Below are positions 19,693-26,310 of a stretch of 26,310 nt of DNA, piece after piece. Position numbers and translations under genes: made by a program. How positions within the stretch are numbered: position 1 is the stretch's first letter; every line of letters starts with the position of its first letter. The stretch is from positions 1 through 26,310 of IMG/VR virus record IMGVR_UViG_3300005805_000412, one strand, 5' to 3'. Under the pieces are notes generated by a model. That model saw only the letters and a program-made list of their open reading frames with translations, had not been told where the DNA came from and did not search any database. This DNA is from a virus. Lineage: Duplodnaviria > Caudoviricetes.

Positions 19693-20318
19693 TGCTTAAA
19701 CATTTAGGAAAAATCAAGTTTATCGGCGACTTAAGTATGGAAGACGCCGATATTCTTACCAAATATGCCAAACAGTCTATTAATATTTTAGAGTTTGGTG
19801 TAGGCGGAAGTACGCAGATACTGTCGCAATGTTTGCCGCAGCGACTGATTTCGGTTGATACTGTGGAAACTGGAGGCGACAAATGGATCGCGGTTACTAG
19901 GGATAGAATTAATAAACTAGAACATAAAACCAATCCAGAATTTTTTGATCTTTTTGATTTTTTACCTAACATTCCAAAGCTTTCTTTTGATTTAATTTTT
20001 GTAGATGGTGTATGGTGGCAGCGCAGACCGTTTGCAGATGCAACTTGGCCCTTGCTAGCAGTTGGCGGTGTGATACTGTTTCACGACACTAGAAGAAAAA
20101 TAGACTCAGACAATGCGATAGACTTTGCAAAAGAATATTTTGAAGAAATTTCTAATGTAGAGTTGAACGCCGTTGCCTCTAACGGTAAAAGTAGTAATAC
20201 AACTGTTATACATAAAAAAATAAAAGAGCCGTATGTAAATTGGAATAATACTGAGAATAAGCCTGCATGGGCATACGGAGATCCCAGTTATACAGGCGAT
20301 CTTGTATCCTGGCAATAA
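19692..20318 (+). CDS. Class I SAM-dependent methyltransferase
   Basis: ILEFGVGGST (motif I), ISVD, FDLIFVDG, L..GGVILFHD. No DPPY/NPPY or PC motif, so not a classical DNA MTase. Confidence 0.8.
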   Translation: MLKHLGKIKFIGDLSMEDADILTKYAKQSINILEFGVGGSTQILSQCLPQRLISVDTVETGGDKWIAVTRDRINKLEHKTNPEFFDLFDFLPNIPKLSFDLIFVDGVWWQRRPFADATWPLLAVGGVILFHDTRRKIDSDNAIDFAKEYFEEISNVELNAVASNGKSSNTTVIHKKIKEPYVNWNNTENKPAWAYGDPSYTGDLVSWQ

Positions 20319-20330
20319 ATAAAATTGTAA

Positions 20331-20389
20331 AAGGCACAGCGAGCCACAAGTCGCACAAGTGAAGGTATGCCGGCCATAAACGGTAAGGA
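20331..20389 (+). promoter_or_regulatory. Tandem hairpin element in the DNA polymerase 5' leader (candidate translational operator)
   Basis: GCGA-GCCACAAG-TCGC (20339-20354) and GCCG-GCCATAAA-CGGT (20369-20384), 30-nt period, abutting SD AAGGA. TAAATA lies upstream at 20316-20321. Confidence 0.6.
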
Positions 20390-20397
20390 AGAAAAAT

Positions 20398-23067
20398 ATG
20401 AGTTACGTAGACGCGAATTGGGATCGCGATAAAGACATTGTTCGAGTCGTCGAACGAGATTCAAAAAAAGGCAGACTTTATCAAACATACCCTGCCAGAT
20501 ATTTTTTTTACTACCCAGATCCAAAAGGCAAATACAGATCAATTTACGGTGAATCTTTAAGCAAGGTCAATGCTAAAAGTCACAAAGAATTTGTTAAAGA
20601 ACAGCGCATACACGGTCATCATAGGCTGTTTGAAAGCGACATTAATACTGTATTCCGTTGTTTAGAAGAAAATTATCTCGGTAAAGAATCTCCTAAACTT
20701 AATGTAGCATTTTTCGATATCGAAGTAGACTTTGACCCAGAGCGAGGTTACGCAAGTCCCGAAGATGCCTTTATGCCTATTACTGCTATTGCGGTACATC
20801 TGCAATGGATGGACACGCTAGTATGTCTTGCTGTACCTCCAAAGACACTTACTATAGAGCAGGCAACTGAGCAGGTAAAAGATTTCCCTAATACTATTCT
20901 TTTTGAAACTGAATATGAAATGCTAGATGCGTTCTTAAATCTCATTGAAGATGCAGATGTTCTAAGCGGTTGGAACTCAGAAGGATATGATATACCCTAC
21001 ACAGTCAATCGTGTTACAAAGGTGTTAAGCAAAGAAGATACCCGCAGATTTTGCTTGTGGGATGAGCTTCCTAAGAAAAGAGAATACGAAAAATACGGTA
21101 AAACTGCGGTTACCTATGACCTTATTGGCAGAGTGCATTTAGACAGTCTCGAACTTTATAGAAAATATACATACGAAGAACGCCATACATACAGACTAGA
21201 TGCAATTGGTGAAATGGAAGTAGGTGAGAGCAAAACAGTTTACGAAGGAACATTGGATCAACTCTATAACAACGACTTCCGTAAGTTTATTGAATATAAC
21301 AGACAAGACTGTGCTCTATTAAACAAACTAGATCGTAAACTAAAGTTTATTGACCTAGCAAACACCATTGCACATGAAAACACTGTTTTATTGTCAACAA
21401 CTATGGGAGCAGTGGCGGTTACAGAACAGGCCATCGTGAACGAAGCACATCATAGAGGACTTATTGTTCCTAGTAGACCAAAAAGAGACGAGGAAGAAAA
21501 TAATCAGGCTGCGGGTGCCTATGTAGCATATCCCAAGAAAGGATTACATGATTGGATTGGATCTATGGACATTAACAGTCTTTATCCGTCTGTTATTCGT
21601 GCATTGAACATGGGACCAGAAACCATTGTAGGACAGCTACGCCAGGATTATACCAAAGCAGAAATTGAAAATAAAATCAATAAAGGATCTAGTTTTGCTG
21701 GAGCCTGGGAAGGAAAGTTTGGCACTAACGAATATGAATTTGTAATGGCGCAAGATCGTACTAACGATATTGTTGTAGATTGGGAAAACGGCAGCACGGA
21801 TATAATGAGCGGCGCACAAATCTACGAAATGATTTTCAACAGTGGTAAGCCGTGGATGTTGAGTGCTAACGGCACTATTTTTACTTCTGAATCAGAAGGT
21901 GTAATTCCTGGACTACTGAAGCGTTGGTACGCAGAACGTAAAGAAATGCAGGCCAAACTTAAAGAAGCAATCAAAGCAGAAAACAAAATTGAAGAAGAAT
22001 ACTGGGATAAACGTCAATTAGTTAAGAAAATTAACTTGAACAGTCTGTACGGCGCTATTCTAAATGCGGGCTGCAGATTTTTTGATAACCGCATTGGACA
22101 AAGCACAACTCTTACTGGTAGACAAATTGCCAAACATATGGCCAGTAAAATTAACGAAGTTATCACAGGCGAATATGATCACGTAGGAAAAGCCATTATA
22201 TACGGCGATACTGATAGTGCTTATTTTAGTGCCTACAATAGTCTCAAGAATGAAATCGCCAAGGGCGAAATTGCTTGGGACAAAGACACTGTTATCAAGC
22301 TCTACGACACCGTGGCAAATTCAGTAAATGCTACATTTGCAGAATTCATGCAGGATGCTTTTCATTGTCCAAAAAGTCGCGGGGAAGTAATTAAGGCAGG
22401 ACGAGAAATTGTTGCTGTTAAGGGACTATTCATTACCAAAAAACGCTATGCTGTTCTTTATTTTGATAAAGAAGGCAAGCGTTTAGATATGGACGGCAAG
22501 CCAGGAAAGATCAAGGCTATGGGTTTGGATCTCAAACGCAGCGATACTCCGGAATTCATGCAAAAGTTTCTAGAAGAAGTGCTATCTAAGGTGCTTAACG
22601 GTGCTGAAGAAAAAGAAATTCTAGAACGTATTAGTGAATTCCGTACTGAATTTAAGGCTAGACCTGGTTGGGAAAAAGGATCCCCAAAACGAGCAAACAA
22701 CATCACCGACTACGAAGAAAAAGAACGCAAAGCAGGAAAAGCCAATATGCCCGGACATGTTCGCGCCAGCATCAATTGGAATACACTGCGAAGAATGAAC
22801 GGTGACAAATATAGCATGCAGATTGTAGATGGTATGAAGGTGATCGTATGTAAAGTAAAAGACAATCCCTTAGGATATACCAGTGTTGCCTATCCAACTG
22901 ACGAACTTAGATTACCTAAATGGTTTCAAGAGCTGCCATTTGATCATTCAGAAATGGAAACTACAATCATCAACAACAAATTAGAAAATCTCATTGGGGT
23001 ATTGGAATGGGATTTGGATAGTACAACCCAGACCAATACATTCAATAGTTTATTCAGCTTTGATTGA
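20398..23067 (+). CDS. Family B DNA polymerase (T4 gp43-like) with 3'-5' exonuclease
   Basis: ExoI FDIEVD, ExoII WNSEGYDIPY, ExoIII YNRQD; polymerase motifs DINSLYPS, KINLNSLYG, YGDTDS, KKRY. Confidence 0.96.
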   Translation: MSYVDANWDRDKDIVRVVERDSKKGRLYQTYPARYFFYYPDPKGKYRSIYGESLSKVNAKSHKEFVKEQRIHGHHRLFESDINTVFRCLEENYLGKESPKLNVAFFDIEVDFDPERGYASPEDAFMPITAIAVHLQWMDTLVCLAVPPKTLTIEQATEQVKDFPNTILFETEYEMLDAFLNLIEDADVLSGWNSEGYDIPYTVNRVTKVLSKEDTRRFCLWDELPKKREYEKYGKTAVTYDLIGRVHLDSLELYRKYTYEERHTYRLDAIGEMEVGESKTVYEGTLDQLYNNDFRKFIEYNRQDCALLNKLDRKLKFIDLANTIAHENTVLLSTTMGAVAVTEQAIVNEAHHRGLIVPSRPKRDEEENNQAAGAYVAYPKKGLHDWIGSMDINSLYPSVIRALNMGPETIVGQLRQDYTKAEIENKINKGSSFAGAWEGKFGTNEYEFVMAQDRTNDIVVDWENGSTDIMSGAQIYEMIFNSGKPWMLSANGTIFTSESEGVIPGLLKRWYAERKEMQAKLKEAIKAENKIEEEYWDKRQLVKKINLNSLYGAILNAGCRFFDNRIGQSTTLTGRQIAKHMASKINEVITGEYDHVGKAIIYGDTDSAYFSAYNSLKNEIAKGEIAWDKDTVIKLYDTVANSVNATFAEFMQDAFHCPKSRGEVIKAGREIVAVKGLFITKKRYAVLYFDKEGKRLDMDGKPGKIKAMGLDLKRSDTPEFMQKFLEEVLSKVLNGAEEKEILERISEFRTEFKARPGWEKGSPKRANNITDYEEKERKAGKANMPGHVRASINWNTLRRMNGDKYSMQIVDGMKVIVCKVKDNPLGYTSVAYPTDELRLPKWFQELPFDHSEMETTIINNKLENLIGVLEWDLDSTTQTNTFNSLFSFD

Positions 23068-23075
23068 AAATTTTA

Positions 23076-23104
23076 TTGACAGGAAACAAAGATCTAAATA
23101 TAAT
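23076..23104 (+). promoter_or_regulatory. Consensus sigma70 promoter overlapping a TAAATA motif
   Basis: TTGACA (23076-23081), 17-nt spacer, TATAAT (23099-23104); TAAATA at 23095-23100. Confidence 0.8.
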
Positions 23105-23123
23105 CAACTTAAAGGATAATAAT

Positions 23124-23858
23124 ATGAAAGACATTCTCTCCGACATTGTGTCACACACAAACAAACTAGGATTTCTTAACATTGTTAAGATTACTGGCAG
23201 CAAAGACAAAACACAGATTGACAGCATGGCTGACGATCGCAGTGTAATCATGTATGCAGAAACAACTGAGCCGCAGTCAGCAATGACTGGTGTATTTGGC
23301 ATGCCGCAGTTGGAAAAACTGCGTTATCTACTAGACGGCGAAGAGTATCAGGAAGACGCGGTTATTGAAGTAGTGGTTGCTGAACGCAACGGCGAAAAAG
23401 TTCCAGTTGGACTACACTTTGAGAACAAGGACGGTGATTTTAAGAACGACTATCGCTTTATGAACCAGGAAATCATCAACGAAAAACTTAAAACTGTTAA
23501 GTTTCGTGGCGCCAAGTGGGACGTAGTTGTTCAACCTACAGTAAGTTCTATTCAGCGATTTCAGTTTCAGGCAGGAGCCAACACTGAGCATACAACATTT
23601 TTGGCTAAGACTGACGGTGACAAGTTAAAGTTTACCTTTGGTGATGCTGCTACACATGGTGGTGAGTTTATTTTTGCTACAGGTGTAACCGGAAGACTGA
23701 ACAAGGGTTGGACATGGCCAGTGCTTCCTGTTCTCAGCATTCTTAGAATAGCAGACAACAACAATACCACAATTAGCTTTTCCAACGATGGCGCAATGCA
23801 GATTGAGCTAGACAGCGGATTGGCAACATACAAATATATTATTCCGGCACAAGCATAA
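23124..23858 (+). CDS. Probable DNA polymerase sliding clamp (gp45/PCNA-like); start ATG 23124
   Basis: 244 aa, directly after PolB, with a clamp loader in the window. Helix/strand alternation and C-terminal YKYIIPA strand resemble clamps. SD AAGGA precedes 23124. Confidence 0.55.
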   Translation: MKDILSDIVSHTNKLGFLNIVKITGSKDKTQIDSMADDRSVIMYAETTEPQSAMTGVFGMPQLEKLRYLLDGEEYQEDAVIEVVVAERNGEKVPVGLHFENKDGDFKNDYRFMNQEIINEKLKTVKFRGAKWDVVVQPTVSSIQRFQFQAGANTEHTTFLAKTDGDKLKFTFGDAATHGGEFIFATGVTGRLNKGWTWPVLPVLSILRIADNNNTTISFSNDGAMQIELDSGLATYKYIIPAQA

Positions 23859-25402
23859 TGAAACAGCAAGTTAACCTAACTCCCTTACAAAAAGACTACG
23901 CTGTATATCTGCCAGCAATAAGCAGTTTCTACAGCACCTATGTCGCTAAACAGCGATTGGAAGAGTTTGTTCCTCAAGATCGTATTCCTGTAGGATTTGA
24001 CCGCGGTATTGAAGGTATGAACTTCCTCAATCCAGAGGAAGGCTACTTCAACTACAAATATGCGCTTTATTCTGCAGGACACGCACAGTTGGATTTAAAC
24101 AAGAGTTTTGTACAAGAGTCTATGATTCAGCAGCGTGATCGCAAGAACACAATGATTCTAGGCGACTCAGGTGGATATCAAATTGGTAAGGGTGTTCTAA
24201 AATTTGATTGGTTAAACTTTGAGGGCAAAGATGCCAACAAAGTACGCCAACAGATTTTAGAGTGGTTAGAGTTAACTGCTGATTGGTCAATGATGCTAGA
24301 CGTTCCTACCTGGGCCTGTGACCATATTCACAGTCCCAAGACTGGACTAAAGACATTTGAAGACTGTTTGGAAAAGACACGTTTCAATAACAAATATTTT
24401 TTAGAAAACCGCTTAGGTCAAACCAAATTCCTTAATGTGCTGCAGGGCAGCGATTGGAATACTGCAGAACAGTGGTACAACGGCGTTAAGGAATTTAGTG
24501 ACAATAAGATATGGGGAGATAAGGCTGCAGAAGGTTGGGCGTTTGGTGGTGCAAACATGTGCAAGATGCACATCACACTCAAGCGTCTAATGACCATGCG
24601 CGATGAAGGAATGTTGGAAGGAAAGGATTGGATTCACTTTCTAGGAACGGCTCAGTTAGATTGGAGTTGCTTCCTAACCAGCATTCAGCGTCAGATTAGA
24701 GAGCATATCAATCCAAATTTAACTATTAGTTTTGACTGTGCTTCACCGTTTATTGCTACCGCTCACGGTTTGGTTTATACAAACGCACAGCACAGCAACA
24801 AGCGTTGGTCAGTGATCATGGACAAGGCTCCAGATAATAAAGCACTAGCCAAGAGCGATATTCCGTTCCCGTTTGAAAGCGAAATTGGTCGTAGACTTAC
24901 AATGGGCGACATCTGCTGGTATGCTCCTGGTATGCTCAACAAGATTGGCAAGGAAGGCAAAACTTCTTGGGACAGTTTCAGCTATGCACTAATGATGGGT
25001 CATAATGTCTACTGTCATATTGTTGCTGTACAACGAGCCAATCAACTGATGGACATCGAATGTGCTAAATCGCAGCCCGATTGGAGACTGTGGAATAAGA
25101 AAAAAGATAAGGACATGAGCGACGAATACAGCGAATGGGTTCCTAGAAACATTCTATACTTTGATCGTTTTGTAAAAGAACTGTTTCAAACTAAGAATAA
25201 AAAAGCCGCATTTGCAATGATCGATGCTGCTAGTCCTTTCCTTAAAGATTTAGAAGGATCTAGACTACGCGGTGGTGCACTTGAAAATGAGTTCAATAAT
25301 TTATTCAGCGTGGAAGAAATAACTAAACCGGAACAGGTAGATATGACCAATCCGGATGATGATAAACTAAGAGAATTAGAAGAGGCAGTACAAACTGTCT
25401 AA
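23858..25402 (+). CDS. dpdA: TGT-fold transglycosylase, DpdA-like (7-deazaguanine insertion into DNA)
   Basis: DSGGYQ, MMLDVP, NVLQG, GWAFGG, IHFLG and SFDC motifs in TGT order. No CxCxxC zinc site of tRNA TGT. QueD-like gene nearby. Confidence 0.75.
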   Translation: MKQQVNLTPLQKDYAVYLPAISSFYSTYVAKQRLEEFVPQDRIPVGFDRGIEGMNFLNPEEGYFNYKYALYSAGHAQLDLNKSFVQESMIQQRDRKNTMILGDSGGYQIGKGVLKFDWLNFEGKDANKVRQQILEWLELTADWSMMLDVPTWACDHIHSPKTGLKTFEDCLEKTRFNNKYFLENRLGQTKFLNVLQGSDWNTAEQWYNGVKEFSDNKIWGDKAAEGWAFGGANMCKMHITLKRLMTMRDEGMLEGKDWIHFLGTAQLDWSCFLTSIQRQIREHINPNLTISFDCASPFIATAHGLVYTNAQHSNKRWSVIMDKAPDNKALAKSDIPFPFESEIGRRLTMGDICWYAPGMLNKIGKEGKTSWDSFSYALMMGHNVYCHIVAVQRANQLMDIECAKSQPDWRLWNKKKDKDMSDEYSEWVPRNILYFDRFVKELFQTKNKKAAFAMIDAASPFLKDLEGSRLRGGALENEFNNLFSVEEITKPEQVDMTNPDDDKLRELEEAVQTV

Positions 25403-25422
25403 ATACGTTACAGGAGATTTTT

Positions 25423-25578
25423 ATGATCAATACAAAAGTTAAAAAGAATACAACAAACGAAGTCCCATCAGACGAAAAGCTTTATAAACTTTTGGAGTCG
25501 ATGGATTGGAAGCTTTGGGAAATTATGAATATGCTCAAAGACAATCTTCCCAACACAGAGAAAAAGGCTAAGAAATAA
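25423..25578 (+). CDS. Small hypothetical protein, 51 aa (not in ORF track)
   Basis: MINTKVKKNTTNEVPSDEKLYKLLESMDWKLWEIMNMLKDNLPNTEKKAKK*. SD AGGAG at 25412, TAAATA at 25400-25405, TAATG overlap with the next gene. Confidence 0.7.
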   Translation: MINTKVKKNTTNEVPSDEKLYKLLESMDWKLWEIMNMLKDNLPNTEKKAKK

Positions 25579-26111
25579 TGAAACGCGATTACACTGAAGG
25601 TGTAAGGAGCGATGTTCAATTTTTTATTGGCAAGGAAGTAGAGCATACTCCTGCCTTTGGGATGAAGACTCTGTTTATTGCAGGTTTACACACTACAGAT
25701 TCTATAGAAAAAGTTCTAGCAGATTCTTTTATGAGTATAGGAGGTCCTGTTGAGCATCTTTTCTTTGGAGCAAATCATTCTTATAATCCAGCAAGAAACG
25801 GTGATTGGCAACCTTGGGAGGACATGGTAAAACATTTCCTTAAAAAAGGTTATTTGTGTAGTCTAGATATTCCCCTTAGTGCGGTCGAACAGTTTCATGA
25901 CGGCGCACTTTGCGAATATGATAACTTTATTCCGCAAATTCGTGTAGCTATACCTTATGTAAAATTATGGAACTATAATACCATGATTAAAATAGATGAT
26001 AAGGATTTTAGATCTACCAATCCCGGAGTATGGAGTCATAGTCTGCACAATCTAATGGATAGGGATTGCTTTACAGATTGGGCAAAATATCGCAACGATG
26101 TTGCCCTATAA
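25578..26111 (+). CDS. Hypothetical protein within the deazaguanine cluster
   Basis: 177-aa ORF between the DpdA-like and QueD-like genes; function not recognised. Confidence 0.75.
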   Translation: MKRDYTEGVRSDVQFFIGKEVEHTPAFGMKTLFIAGLHTTDSIEKVLADSFMSIGGPVEHLFFGANHSYNPARNGDWQPWEDMVKHFLKKGYLCSLDIPLSAVEQFHDGALCEYDNFIPQIRVAIPYVKLWNYNTMIKIDDKDFRSTNPGVWSHSLHNLMDRDCFTDWAKYRNDVAL

Positions 26112-26127
26112 ATTGGTAAAAAAATGC

Positions 26128-26156
26128 TTGACATTTGGTTTGACTTACCATACAAT
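26128..26156 (+). promoter_or_regulatory. Sigma70-type promoter
   Basis: TTGACA (26128-26133), 17-nt spacer, TACAAT (26151-26156). Confidence 0.75.
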
Positions 26157-26185
26157 ACATACATTAATAATTTGTACAGAGTTTT

Positions 26186-26310
26186 ATGAGTACTAGTTTG
26201 TCAATGATTTGGGTTACATTTCGTAAAGAAGGTATTCATCAATATCCTGCTGCTGCCACAGATTCAAAGTTGGCCACCGGAGATCAATATGATGTAAGCT
26301 TTTTAGGCTG
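26186..26310 (+). CDS. 5' part of a probable QueD/PTPS-like T-fold protein (runs off window)
   Basis: MSTSLSMIWVTFRKEGIHQYPAAATDSKLATGDQYDVSFLG... resembles the N-terminus of phage QueD-like proteins (first metal His). The HxH motif would lie beyond the window. Confidence 0.5.
   Translation, partial: MSTSLSMIWVTFRKEGIHQYPAAATDSKLATGDQYDVSFLG

Noticed and set aside
20398-23067. Intein or intron in the DNA polymerase
   Set aside because: The 889-aa ORF is continuous with all motifs in order; no intein ends or homing endonuclease motifs were seen.

Overview
A gene-dense, AT-rich segment of a large lytic dsDNA tailed phage with T4-like features. It uses the standard genetic code, and all supported genes are on the + strand except phoH. 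Gene order: (i) tail-fibre/structural genes, including a collagen-like fibre with a C-terminal S74 intramolecular chaperone and a tail-collar protein; (ii) a stand-alone DnaE (Pol III alpha) fragment, GroES, small ORFs, an RFC/gp44-like clamp loader and a convergent phoH; (iii) a protein quality-control block (DnaJ type II, peptide deformylase, ClpA); (iv) structural genes and a cluster of probable head-packaged proteins with a Dps in the middle; (v) a DsbA-like DNA-binding protein, a SAM methyltransferase, a family-B DNA polymerase, a probable sliding clamp, a TGT-fold DpdA-like enzyme and the start of a QueD-like gene, suggesting 7-deazaguanine DNA modification. Most notable unannotated signals: a tandem pair of 8-nt-loop hairpins in the polymerase leader (candidate translational operator); an A_AAA_AAG/A10 slippery site opening a 54-codon -1 frame extension; recurrent TAAATA late-type promoters and sigma70 promoters, several positioned to give leaderless mRNAs; and a DnaE fragment that stops just before the catalytic aspartates. 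All family assignments are from motif recognition by eye, not database searches.
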